64,000 nucleotides of DNA from Perna viridis (lineage: Eukaryota), in NCBI GenBank assembly GCA_037379345.1, contig CM074521.1, forward strand, positions 32,760,704-32,824,703, in the 5' to 3' direction. The position numbers and the translations under genes were made by a program. Positions 26,352 through 39,410 of the stretch are shown here, piece after piece (positions within the stretch are counted from its first letter, which is position 1; the number at the start of each line of letters is the position of its first letter). Below the pieces are notes generated by a model. That model was not told the DNA's origin. It saw nothing but the letters and a program-made list of their open reading frames with translations, and did no database searches.

Positions 26352-29300
26352 GTTGGTGTCAGAGAAAGAGAGAGAATGGTAATTACAACTTCAATGACTT
26401 TTCTGGGTATTGTTCGTTCTCATCAGGTTTCCTACCCTATCATCTTTACCACTGGTTGAATTTCACATTGGCTTTTTTTTTTTAATGTTTTTCGTCAATT
26501 TACGTTAGCAATTGATCTAGAAAGTGAAGCATCCAAAAATTGTTCATGTAGTAAAATCCTCACTTGTAAAAATAAACTATACTTAAAACCTGTTTCATAT
26601 ATTGTAAACATATTATTATGTGGTGTACCAAATTTTTTTTTTTTTTTTGCGGTGGACAGAAAATCATGAAAATTACCAGCGAAATTGATTATTACCATTT
26701 TGTAATGCAAATAATTTTTTTGAACTTGCAAAAATGATACACTTGAATATTTCCAGTAAACAGAATCTTTGAAAATTAGTACATTTACAGTATCTACCAA
26801 AGTGTTTATTTAGGAGTAAAATTTAACTTTTAAAAAATTAAGTACACAAACTATTTTCAACGTAATACTGCTCTGTTGATTTTATTCATATCTAAGTAGT
26901 GTTTCCCAGCTTTTCATCAATAAAACTTTTGTGCACTGCTTTTAATTCACCCTTTATTATTAAACATGACAGTATTAAAGAATAATTACAATAATATTTC
27001 ACATTTGTTTCTAATGGAAATATTGTCCATTTCAAGTTTTAGTCAATATGATCAGGCTCATTATTGTTTGAAACAGCATCCTCAAAATAATTGATTAGGT
27101 AAATGGAAAATATTGAAACTTTTTTTAGTTAAATCTGCCTTGAAGTGCTTCAAAATATGGATGAAAAAAAATTGAACACCAGTGGTTGCCTATCATAGAG
27201 AGGAAACATCTGATACTGTTCATATCATTGTGTATGAGTGCCCTGGTAGATGGAGCTCCTTTTCCCCTTCATGTAGTAATCACTTATCTCATAAACACGC
27301 ACATTTGAATGGATTTATATTTGATAGTAGTGACTTGAGGATGTCACATAATCTGAGGTGCACAGACATTTTAACACGATTTGACCTTTGTTAGAATATT
27401 ACTATCATTCCTTTTGTAAAGATGTAGTATTTAGTAATTTGGCCTTTTATGATGTTTACAGAGATATTTATTAAATGTCTAAGTAAAGAATAACCTCTAG
27501 ATTTAAAAGTACTGGTTGTTTATAAACTCATTTCTTTTATTGCTGGAAGTGACATTAGGGTACATGTATTTTTATTGAATAGAAGGTAAATTGTATGGCT
27601 CCATAGCACTTCGATGAAATTTGATTTAGACATTTATAATCAGCTTTCCAAAAGTTGCATGTTACTGAAGTATTATTCTACATGCAATTGTTAAACTGAA
27701 ACTCTAGCAGAAATTGTCATGGATAAGTTTTGGAATATTACACAGCATTCTCTGGACAAGCTTGTCACATTTCAAATACTGTATGTATGTCAACATATCA
27801 TTTTTTCGCTATTTTTTTGTAATGAAAAGAGGGCGCAAAATAGTCCCTTGGAAAACATCTCACATTCAATAAAATGTCACATCTTTTCTAATACAAACTT
27901 AAAGTTTTACCTACAAATATGACTATTTGAGATAATTCTAGAGAATTAGTAACCATGGAAATGAAGCCAAAAACTAATCTCCATTGACTAATTCTCAAAG
28001 ATATGTATAGTGGATCAGTATTTCTTGTTTTTGAAAATATACTGTATTATCTGATTTCTTCTTGTGATATGAAGTACTGTAATTGTTGTGAAAATATGAC
28101 TAAGTTGACATCAGTATAATTGCAATATAGAATTAATTTAGAAGTGGGAGGATACTCCCCCGATTGCAAAATTTTTTTTTAAAAGTACAAGAATAAAAAC
28201 ATACTGATTTACAACATCTTAGACCATAGCATGTATTGTGGAATGAAGAGATACTGTCTGTATTATATTGTCTCATATACTATGTAAAAGGCATAATTGA
28301 TAAATGAATTTTCATAGAATTCATATATTAGGTTGTTATTTGTTATTTTTGTGCCGTAGTGCAATGACTTGTACGAAAAATTAGGTGTTCTCAGAAACCT
28401 TGTGGGCGAAAAATAATTAATCATTGAAAGTCAGGAATTGTTTCGATGAGATGAAAAAAATAAAACTTGTTTGCTATCCTAGGTTACTTCCTTTTGTTTG
28501 CCACGATTCTTGTCCAAATATAGTTCAATTAGACTGGCGCTGTTTAGGAATCGATCATCTCTAGGTTATAAATAACCTTACTGCGGGCAATAAAACATTA
28601 TCCTGTCTTGTATTGGAAGAAGATTTTTCTATATTTTTGTTTCTTAATTGATTTTGTAGAGCATCTTAAGCAAAAGGGATCTATTTATTCTCCAATGTCT
28701 CTAAAAATAGCCTTATTTACTGTAAGGGAGAAATTATTGCTTCCTCTTATTGGTAGTTGGGTATTAAATCTATAAAGATCTTGATGTTTTTTGAGTAGGC
28801 TTTTAAGGCATTGATTCTGTGACAAATTAAATGAGATTGGCATAGCCTGTTATAATGCTACCATATATGGTATACTCACAGTTAAACAAGTACTTTTTGT
28901 AGGGATTGTGTATAAGCTAACATGATTTAGTTATTGATTGAGAATCAGAAAAAAAAATTATATATAATTACACTATAATATTAATAAATGGGAATTGAAC
29001 TTGATATTGATGTATATAGTTTCATATTGTAACTTAAGAATTTATTGCAAAAAATGTGTGACTGCCTTGATTTACATTACAGACAATTTACATATCGAAA
29101 AAAAATCACAAAATACATTAAATTTTTTTTGGCCTTAAATTGAAGAAAATTACAATAATTACTGACTTGAATGAACTATAAACTGTAGCCATTATGATGT
29201 TTTTGAATGATTGGCTATTCATGTATTAAGTATGAAGTCCATGTAGGAATGAGATATTTTGTTAAAGGTACATGCACTTCCAGTATATGAAGATTTTTTT

Positions 29301-29414
29301 TATAATTTGATTGACATGAACAGTACAAGTTTTTAAACTTCATTTGCTTTCTGGTTTTTGACCTTTAAGTACCATTTTTAGTTAGTATTAGCTCTTTGCA
29401 ATCTTGTTTTTCAG

Positions 29415-29550
29415 CATCTTTTATTATTACAAAAACAGCAAGAGTTTCTGCAAGAACAGCAAAAATTACAGGAAAGACATAGAATTGAAAAAGAAAGAAT
29501 GGAAAAGGAGAGATTAGAGCAGCTGAAAAACAAGACAAAGAATGAAGAAA
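29415..29550 (+). CDS. HDAC4: Class IIa HDAC exon (HLLLLQKQQEFLQEQQKLQERHRIEKERMEKERLEQLKNKTKNEE)
   Basis: ttgtttttcag acceptor, A|gtaagt donor, phase 0 to 1. Resembles HDAC4 LQQLKNKEKGKE. Confidence 0.92.
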
Positions 29551-30583
29551 GTAAGTACAGGAAAAATAAGATAGGAAATGGTACATTATGACCTAAAACC
29601 TGCCCTAATTGACATATTCAGCAAGGGATGAAATACTTGGGATGTGATACACAATCTCTTGTATGGCCATAAACATCTGCAACTCCAGTAGGTACTCCCT
29701 CATTGAGGCTGATGTAATACATGGCTTTCCCATATTTTTTTCTTATTATAACCTAAAAAAAATATCTCAGAATGAATGTATATAAGGACTTTTTGATCTT
29801 CCTAAACCAGGAGTAAGATGTTACAATGTAAACAACAGTTGAATGGTTTTGGATATTCTTTTTACTGGTAATCTATTTTCATGTAGTTGTTTACTGAATG
29901 TATATTTAAAACACAAATAGTTTTGTTGCCTAAATTATCAAGCTTTTATATGTACAGAAATCTTGACCTTTATGAGCAGATCTAAATTTTCTTTTGAAAA
30001 AAAAAAGCTTTCTTAGTAAATTCTATTATGGTATTAAATATATCATTATTGTTGTGGCTTCCTCTTAAGACATTGTGTCTTATTACTAAGTTGTTAGTGC
30101 ATTTATGACAAAATAAAAATAGATTCCTCTAATTGAGAACGTAAATCAGAGATCGGCCTCCAGGCTGAAATTGAAAGGATTTAAAGGAAATCAGATTTGT
30201 TACAGTTGGACGGAAGATGATATAAGCTAAATTTAGAAATCTTATGTTAGAATCATATGTTCAACGTGACAATCAAATTATGTTTCTAAAAATTACATTG
30301 ATCTTTGCAAACTGTATAAAGATTTATTTATAGTAAGATCAAGTCAGTACAATTTTACACTAATGAATTTTTATTAATTCCAAATCAGCTCTGTGGAAGC
30401 ATTACATTATACAAGCAAAAAATAGTAATTACAAGATTATATGTGGGTAGGGTGTCCATTCATCTTCGCTGCAAGTGATCAAATCAGATAAAATGATAGA
30501 TATCTAGGAATGTCTCTAACTTCCTAATTACTCAGGAGATAGGTGTACTCATTACTATTGGTTGACTAAAAAAAACTAAACAA

Positions 30584-30840
30584 TTTTTAGCTCACCTGGC
30601 TGAAGGCCATGTGAGCTATGGCCATCACTTGGTGTCCATTGTCATCGTCCGTCATCATTAACAATTTTTCAAAACTCTTCTCCTCTGAAACTACTTGACC
30701 AATTGGAACCAAACTTGGTATGAATGTTTCTTGGGGTATTCTGCATAGAATTGATGTGGGGATTTTTGATCCGTTGAAAAACATGGCCGCCATTACTAAA
30801 AATAGAACATAGGGGTCAGACAGTAGTTTTTCACATATAT
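30584..30840 (+). mobile_element. 5' part of a Helentron-associated (HINE/DINE-like) non-autonomous element
   Basis: Begins in a T-run with tttttagctcacctg...gtgagcta (subterminal inverted repeat), then a degenerate GTC microsatellite and a cttctcctctgaaactact...aaccaaacttggt...aacatggccgcc core. This architecture is recalled from bivalve HINEs; no search was run. Confidence 0.7.
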
Positions 30841-32648
30841 AAGAACAACAACTGAGCAGATTTTCAATTTTTGTTGTGTTTCTAATATAAAGCTTATAAA
30901 ATTTCGAAGCAGATATAAATAAGATTAGATGTAATCATAAATTTTGGGCAAGTAGTGTCCTTGATTTTTTTAAAATAATTAAACTGTTCTACTTGAGCAA
31001 TAAAAATGCATTTACGGTATATATACAACTGAGATATGGTCACTCTCAATATATAATTCTTAGTCAGGAGGTAACAAAGGTATTGTTTTAAAGTTGTCTG
31101 AATGTCATCCACTTAGAATAAAAAAAGATTATTTTCTTGGTAAAAATGTAAATTATTTTAACAAGTTTCATTGCACTTGATAGACAGTAATAGTTCCTTT
31201 GTTGTATGAAATCAGTTTGAAGTGTTGGAAATGAAGAGTACAACCTTAACATTGTCCTTGCTAGTACTATGGATTATTGTGATAATTTTAGATATAATAA
31301 TGAGTACCCCTTCCATGACCAAATCTATATTGGCTGTCTGTCTGTCTGTCTATCTGTCTGTTCACCTGTATGAGGACTACCATACATAACTCCAAGCTAT
31401 AATAAAAACCACTTTTTTTATTTCGAAAAAAAATATTAAATTTCAATTTTTCAAAATCCTTGAAAAAAAATTTATTTAATTTTCTTCATTGTATTTTACA
31501 TATTATATCAGTCCAGTTTTGGAGAGAAATATTAAAGAACATGATGCAGATCTTCATGATGGTCCTTTTAATAAAGTTTTTCCATGAAAAAGGCACAGAA
31601 TCCAGAGAAACACTGTTGTCCATTGTATATTGTTTAGCCCAGGGCCATTGTTCAGTACATACTCTTTAGTTCATGTGCACATAGTAATGGGGACACATGA
31701 TATATAAAACCTATGTAATGACCAGGAAACCATAGATAATTAGCTGAGCATATTTTTCTACCCCATATAGTACAAAATTATCCACAAAGTGTCAGCAAAA
31801 GAGAAAAAAGCCTTTTTTTATTTCAACTGGAGTGATCAAGGCCAAGTAGAGGAATATCTTTGTTTCTCAGCTGAAGTGTAGAAGACTAAATGTATGATCA
31901 TCTTTGTTTAATAAAGCAAATAGTAGGAAATATCTTTTTTTTCTATAGAATGAAGAAAGATCTATGTTTAACAAGTTTGTTTTTCTTCTACTGTAAAATT
32001 GATTCTTCTTTCTTTTTGTTCTGGTTTTTACCCAATGTACAATTAAAGAATAAAACAGAATCAAAAGATTTTGTACTTTTCAAAGACTCAAATGGTATGA
32101 AGAATCTAAGGACAATGATAACATTGTAATATTTATAGTAATGAGTTGCATTAGATGACAAAAGAAACATTAAGTTTTTTTCAGTTGTTTGATGTGACAG
32201 CTTTGTTTATGGTTATACAGATGTTGTTTTTTTTTTCATTGTTTCATTAACTTATATTATTATGTAAAAGATGAAACATCAATATCAATATCTATAATAC
32301 TAAGGAGTTATTTTAAAATAATACTATGAAAGTTAATGACATGTATCAGGCAGATGTCTCTAAAATAGTTCTACAATTTTAGATCCATCTATTCAATATT
32401 GAATACTGATAAAAACAATGTTTCCTTTGTTACTGTTGCAGTGTGACTGGTATCCAGCTTTGTTTTTGTATGAATTACCATTGCACTAAAAAAGCCAAAA
32501 AAAAAAAAAGAAAAAGAAAAATTAAAATTGAAAATAAGACAGGAGACTTATGAATTTGTTCAGAAATAAAATTCTATTGAAATGTATCCGTTAATTATCA
32601 AAACAATCGGGCAACTGAAATATTAAGTATATATGTTATTTATTTTAG

Positions 32649-32751
32649 GTGCTGTGGCATCATCAGAGGTCAAGTTGAGGTTACAGGAGTTTGTGTTGAC
32701 GAAAAAGCATCGTGAGGCTGCAGCACGGAACTCACCTCCATTCCATAACTG
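32649..32751 (+). CDS. HDAC4: Class IIa HDAC exon, MEF2-binding motif (SAVASSEVKLRLQEFVLTKK)
   Basis: tattttag acceptor, TG|gttagt donor. Near-identical to the class IIa MEF2-binding helix [20 protein letters not shown]. Confidence 0.96.
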
Positions 32752-33092
32752 GTTAGTATTATGAAATGAAAGCAAAAGTGCATCCAAACCTAGTGGCTCT
32801 TCATTTTAATTTTGGAAAACTGAATTATTTTGATAAGTAGGTTAAGTTATATGAGATAAACTGTTTTGAAATTCTTGTTTAGTTATAAAAATTAATTACA
32901 TGATTATTTAGATTAGTATTAGTTAGAATGAAATCTCTGCTGTCAAAACAAAAGAATACTAAGCAGAAACACAGTGTGAATAATAAGCAAAACAGTTGTA
33001 AGAACATGCTTAAAGACATAGATATCGATGGAATTGGAATCATATTTTTGAAGGAAATTCATGTAATTTTGGTTGTTAATAAATTGTTGCAG

Positions 33093-33193
33093 GGTTGAAC
33101 AGAATTCACCTCCTCAGTCTGGGTTGTCTCCCCCTTTTGGTCCCCACCTACTTGGAAAATATGATAGAGATGATTTTCCACTGCGTAAGACAG
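33093..33193 (+). CDS. HDAC4: Class IIa HDAC exon ([33 protein letters not shown])
   Basis: ttgcag acceptor, G|gtaagt donor, phase 2 to 1. DDFPLRKT motif. Confidence 0.95.
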
Positions 33194-35424
33194 GTAAGTT
33201 CTGAGTGTGTGTTTTGCCTGTTTTATTTCCAGTTTGTGTCTTTCTCACACTTTAAGTTATGTTTGTGTGCTCAGTAAATACACTACTCACACTTTTATGA
33301 AGAGTTGATGAACCTGTACCACAATATTCTAGGGAAGTCATTTTGTGCTTAAAATTGTAAGTGACTTCTGACTAATCAAATAAATAAATCATGTCTCCCA
33401 CATCAAATAACCGAAATAAAGTCTTTATTGGAAAAATTACAACTTTTTTCTAAAAGATTTTGCGTGTGAATCTCGTTTTGAATGCATTCACTGTATTTAA
33501 TTTTGGTTTCTAATTTCTAACATGCTACTTTACAATTAGTGTATCCTCGCCACCAAACATATACATAATTTAATACTAATGTACCATATATTTTATTGGG
33601 AAAATAGAGTGTTACTGACCTGTATATAGTTAGCATTTATTTTACATGTTTCAATTTTTGTTACCTCTGAAAAGAAAGTTCAAGGCTTAAGAATCCATTT
33701 TTCATTCTGTCTTTATCAGCTGTACTATCCACATTGAGAGTTTTGAATATGTCATTAGACATACCCATTTCTTTTAGCACCAAATGGATTGTTTACTGAT
33801 AATGTTCTCTACAATAGAGAATTTCTATAGATTTTATGGTCAGACTATCATATTATACGTTCATCTGTTTATTGGAATACTAAAATAAAATCACTTAAAC
33901 AATAATACTTATCAAAGACAAATGTAACCTTTTAATATTTTTTCAATGTGTTAGTACTATTGGCACAAGACAAAAACAAATTTACCCTGGAAAATGGATA
34001 AATAGTTAATTAAAGTAATTTTGAAAGTTTGGGATTTACTTTGATATTGATTATATATACTTTCTCAAGGCAACATTATCATAGGTTTTATGTATGTAGT
34101 TTCAATGTAGCCATATACTGTTTGTTTTTCACTTTGCCTGTAAATGGGAGATTTGAGTCCTGTAAGTGTACCAGAATATAAATCGTAACTGTAAACGTTT
34201 CCATAGTTCTTTTTATTTTAAATCTAAAAAAAGTTGTTTACTTTAAAGACTGGTGCTCCTACCAGGGAAAAAATAATGACTTCCTCAAAAGAACTACCAT
34301 CACATACATTTGAATTATAGTGAATATTCTATATACCTTGTATTTTCCTAGCAGGATATTTGTTCCATCATTTCAGTGACAATAAATGATTTGAATCAGT
34401 TTAAATGTGGCACCTGTCCTAGATCCAGTACTTAGGGGTTCAGTAAAAGCAGGCTAGAACAACATTTTGGAGTTCTCTGATTAACTGGTCACTAACACTT
34501 TTATTGTGTTATGTTTTTATTTATGCATGGATATTTCTCCTTGATTTGTTCTGCATACAATAGTGTGATGACAATATTATTGAGTTGTTGTGATATATGA
34601 CGCATGCAAAATTACCAGTGTTATAAAAGATTTGAATGATGTAGTGTCATAATAAATCCTTTTTGTCACCTCTAATGGAATAAATACCTTTGTAAGGTAT
34701 GGGTAGACCTTTCAAAATTCTCTTGTTTTTCACCATTAGTATTAAAGTTGGTGGCATTTGTGACATTAAAAGTCAGTGTCAATATGAAAAAAAAATATTA
34801 GGATTCCATTTAGATAGATACAGTTAAAGTACATAATGGAGTAATGTTTTGACATATTGAAACTTGCTACTCAGAATCTCATTATTATAGCTTCATTTAA
34901 ACTTCATGTTTTTTGTATATCAAGTTTTTGTTCTGTTCCTAGCTCGATCTATATCATCATGGCACTGTTAATTTCATTCTCCATATCACTTGTCTTTTGT
35001 TGTAAAACAGTTTTATGAATGTGAAAACTTGTAACCCATGTTAAACTTAATTTCACAATTCCAATAATTGAATTTCTTAATTTTAGTTTTTATGACACCC
35101 AGCATGAGTATTGGTTATTTGTAGGCCAACCAAGTCAAACTTCAGTGTTAGTTAAATTCTTGTAGATCTACATCAAACGAGTTGATATAGACCTAACTTT
35201 CATTGACAAAAATTGGTCAGTTTCTTCTAATCAGTTATTCATTAATGTTAATGAATTTTGGATCAAAATATTAGGTAGTATCTTCTTGTGAACTTCCCAT
35301 TCAGATTTCACTTACGAATGAATCTTCCTAATCATTTATTCATTAGTTTGGGGAATTTTAAGAGTTTATTGTTTTTCCTGCTATGTAAAATCCAAAGTTG
35401 AATGAAAATGAACTTCTTTTTGTC

Positions 35425-35915
35425 ACGACACGTTTTCCGCACTTTTTTTTGTTATGCTTTTATCAAATAAGTTTGTTTTTGGTATGTGACCTTATTATGA
35501 AGGGATTAAATTCGACTTTTGTTACGATTGAATGATTTTTTACGGAAGTTACGGCCCTTGGACTTTGAAAATTTCAGTGAATTTACAGTTTTCTGCACTT
35601 GTTCTTGTAATGCTTTCACCAATTGTTTTTAGATTTTGTATGTAGTCTTACTATGAGAAGTTACAGATTAAGTTCGACTTTGGTTACGGTGAATGATTTT
35701 TATGGAAGTTACGGCCCTTGAACTTAGAAAATTTCAGTGAATTTACAGTTTTCTGCACTTTTTTGTAATGCTTTCACCAATTGATTTTAGATTATGTATG
35801 TAGTCTTACTATGAGAAGTTACAGATTAAGTTCAACTTTAGTTACGGTTGATTGATTTTTACAATAATTTCAGGGAATTTAAAGATTTCCTCACTTTTTT
35901 TTCACGGGGGACATT
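35425..35915 (+). repeat. About 3 tandem ~178 bp units, probably the internal array of a HINE-type element
   Basis: ggaagttacggcccttg recurs at about 35544 and 35704. gttttc(c/t)gcactt...atgcttt and ttaagttcgactttggttacg each recur three times, with period about 160-180 bp. Confidence 0.7.
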
Positions 35916-35995
35916 GGAACACTCTTCTTTTATAGTACTATAGTTCTTAGTGGAAATGCTTTATAAAGTGATAAACTGTCTATTCCAATAGGCTA

Positions 35996-36531
35996 TTAAT
36001 TAGTCCACAATGATATCCCCTCTCTGCTCCTCACCTTTAATTAGTCCACAATGACATCCCCTCTCGGCTCCTCACCTTTAATTAGTCCACAATGACATCC
36101 CCTCTCTGCTCCTCACCTTTAATTAGTCCACAATGACATCCCCTCTCTGCTGCTCACCTATAATTAGTCCACAATGACATCCCCTCTCTGCTGCTCACCT
36201 ATAATTAGTCCACAATGACATCCCCTCTCTGCTGCTCACCTTTAATTAGTCCACAATGACATCCCCTCTCTGCTGCTCACCTTTAATTAGTCCACAATGA
36301 CATCCCCTCTCTGCTGCTCACCTTTAATTAGTCCACAATGACATCCCCTCTCTGCTGCTCACCTTTAATTAGTCCACAATGATATCCCCTCTCTGCTGCT
36401 CACCTATAATTAGTCCACAATGATATCCCCTCTCTGCTGCTCACCTATAATTAGTCCACAATGATATCCCCTCTCTGCTGCTCACCTTTAATTAGTCCAC
36501 AATGATATCCCCTCTCTGCTGCTCACCTATA
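35996..36531. repeat. 41 bp minisatellite, about 13 near-identical copies (ttaattagtccacaatgacatcccctctctgctgctcacct)
   Basis: tagtcc at 36001, 36042 and onward; period 41. Confidence 0.97.
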
Positions 36532-36960
36532 TAATCTGAAGAATTAGTCCAAACTGAACATAGTCCTGTAAGAGGAGGTAGTTCAACAATAGTCATAATT
36601 TTTTATGTAATTCTACATGTATTATCTGTATAGTTTATAGTATTCAAGTAGCTCCTTGTCTTACCAATGCCCATGTGTTCTATACCCATATAATTTACTT
36701 ATAATCAGCCCACTTGCAGAGATATTTACCTTTACAAATTCTCAGTATTTTCTACAAAATTTGACAGCAAATTATACTATACAGGTTCTGAAGCTTTCCA
36801 TAGAAATTCTGTTTAAAAAAAAAAATTCAGGATTTTGCAAATGTTATTCATAAAATACAGCCTAAAATATGAATTGTCAAATAGTAGCATTAACAGTTTT
36901 GCAGTTGGTTTAAATCCTACAGTACATGTAGTTCATTAGTAATGTTTGGTGGGTACGAAA

Positions 36961-37073
36961 TTAAACCACAGAGCCCTGATCGATGTTGGCTCAGGAATGA
37001 GTAAAAGTCGTGAGTTAAACCACAGAGCCCTGATCGGTGTTGGCTCAGGAATGAGTAAAAGTTGTGAGTTAAA
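36961..37073. repeat. 54 bp direct duplication
   Basis: ttaaaccacagagccctgatcg.tgttggctcaggaatgagtaaaagt.gtgag at 36961 and 37015. Confidence 0.95.
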
Positions 37074-37460
37074 AGTTAGAATACCACATGTATTACCCCT
37101 CCATACTGTTTTAGAATACTGAATAATGTTACTGTTGTTGATGAATTTACAGTTGCTAGTATATACCTGTAGATTGTATTTCCTTAGCAACAAACAATGT
37201 TCTTTAATGATTAGTAGCATTGCATTATCCTTGCTGTTGACGTGTACTCAGGGATTTTCCGACCTCTTTTAAGAGAGTAATTTATAATTGAAACATCATT
37301 ATTTGGACATATAAGTGTAGCTAAACCACATAATGTTATCAGAATACAAAAAAAAAACTTGTTTAAAATTTCATTTCTAACAAGATAAAGGAAGGAAAAT
37401 CCTATTTGTTTTGTTTTGATTGTGGAGGCTTGTTTGTCATGTAGATATTATTGTTTTCAG

Positions 37461-37589
37461 CTTCTGAACCGAACCTTAAGGTGCGATCAGCATTGAAGCA
37501 AAAACTGGAGAGTCAACGGAGAATTACCCACAGTCCAATTCTCCGGCGCAAAGACAAAGCCAGTTTCCTTAAACGCAAACCATTATCCA
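37461..37589 (+). CDS. HDAC4: Class IIa HDAC exon, first 14-3-3 site and NLS (ASEPNLKVRSALKQKLESQRRITHSPILRRKD)
   Basis: ttgttttcag acceptor, A|gtaagt donor. Splicing completes RKTASEPNLK (human S246 equivalent), followed by the basic SPILRRKD NLS. Confidence 0.96.
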
Positions 37590-38853
37590 GTAAGTATTCC
37601 AAAATCAACCTTTCCATTTATGAAGTAGGAAGAGAAAGGTATCAAATGACGATATTTGTAAGTGAACTTTGGAGGTAGTTTTATAATATTTCCCTACTGG
37701 AGTGTTTTGCTGATAAATAAAACTCTCTTGAATTCTGGTAGCAAAGATGAGTTGTGTATTGAAGTATAGTTTGGTTCTTGAAGCTAGGAATGGTACACAA
37801 CTGTTTTTATATATGGATGCAGTGTTTCGATAACTTTTTAAGCATTAAGTCACACAGTGTGTCTGAGGTTGTTGAAACATGGTTTGGTGTGTATTTCAAA
37901 ATTTCAAATTTTGAGCCAGTTATTTAAAAAAATAAAAAAAAATCGTTTTTTTTTAGATTGCACTTCAATATGTTTTTACTAGAACCTCCATTTTTTGTTC
38001 ACTGTTTCCCAAACACTGAGTGAACAAATTATCAAAAAAATTTTGATTTGTTAATACATTCTCATCAATGTCAGTGCAGTTCATCCTGTGCTCCAATATC
38101 AACTCATTCTGTATCTACTATACTTCTTGCATAGATCATATGAAACTGTCATTGCCACAATTTCATTTATAGAAATTGACAAGCAAACTGAATGCTTCTA
38201 CTAATCTCTATTTCATAGTGATGGTACTTTTAACTTAAAAGTAGGTATTCATCTTCAAATTAGGGTTTTTTACATACATTAGGACAATATAACCTGCCAG
38301 TAGACATCTATATATGTGACAATGGATTGAAATTAGTGACATTTTATCACAAATCACATTTAAAGATTGTGAAGACTCGTCTCTGTGGTTTTGGTTTGTT
38401 ACCTGAAGTTTCAAATAGAATAAAGCATGAACAAGATCTAGAATTTTAGTCATATGAATGTTTTGTTGCATCAGAGAATGAGTTTTCAATGCTGTGTGTG
38501 GCATGCCCTTAACAACACTAACTGTTCAAATAAAAATGCAGAGATAATCCACAAGCCCAGACATAACTATTATTCTTTAAGAAGACGATTTAAACTATCA
38601 ATGTCAGATCTTTTTTTCAGTTTCAGTCTCTTGTCAGTTATTTTTAGTGGGTCCTTAATTTCCTAGGAATACACTGTTTAATGTCAGGTAGACCAAATAC
38701 AGCACTGCATTTTAGAAGAAATAGGAAGACTGTGTAGACACTTCAAAGATATTTAATATATCAGTGTTATTGATTTAGTTGAAAGACATTTGGAACAAGT
38801 AGTAAATATAACTATTTGAAATATGTATGTAATGAAATACTTTCTATTTTCAG

Positions 38854-38951
38854 TTGACTGTAGTAGCAATTCTGATTCTGGACCAAACTCACCCCCTGCT
38901 GGGCCTCATGCTCTACCCAATGGTAGCCTTGCATCACTTCATTCTAAAGAG
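38854..38951 (+). CDS. HDAC4: Class IIa HDAC exon (IDCSSNSDSGPNSPPAGPHALPNGSLASLHSKE)
   Basis: ctattttcag acceptor, GAG|gtgagt donor, phase 1 to 0. SGPNSP resembles HDAC4 SGPSSP. Confidence 0.9.
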
Positions 38952-38973
38952 GTGAGTCATTGGTTGTATAAAA

Positions 38974-39410
38974 TGGGGTGGGGTGGGGTGTACTTATGAT
39001 GTAACAGACAGGGGTGGGGTGGGTGTACAAATGATGTAACAGGCAGGGGTGTGGTGGGGTGTACTAATGATTTAACAGATGGGTGGGGTGTACGAATGAT
39101 GTAACAGACAGGGATGGGGTGGGGTGTATTACTGATGTAACAGACAGGGGTGGGGTGGGGTGTACTAATGATGTAACAGATATGGGTGGGGTGTACGAAT
39201 GATGTAACAGACAGGGGTGGGGTGGGGTGTATTACTGATGTAACAGACAGGGGTGGGGTGGGGTGTACGAATGATGTAACAGACAGGGGTGGGGTGGGGT
39301 GTACGAATGATGTAACAGATATGGGTGGGGTGTACTAATGATGTAACAGACATGGGTGGGGTGTACTACTGATGTAACAGACAGGGGTGGGGTGGGGTGT
39401 ACTAATGATT
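38974..39410 (+). repeat. G-rich 31/36 bp minisatellite, about 12 copies (gatgtaacagacaggggtggggtggggtgtactaat)
   Basis: Directly visible. Long units carry three GGGG runs and short units two G runs. Confidence 0.95.
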
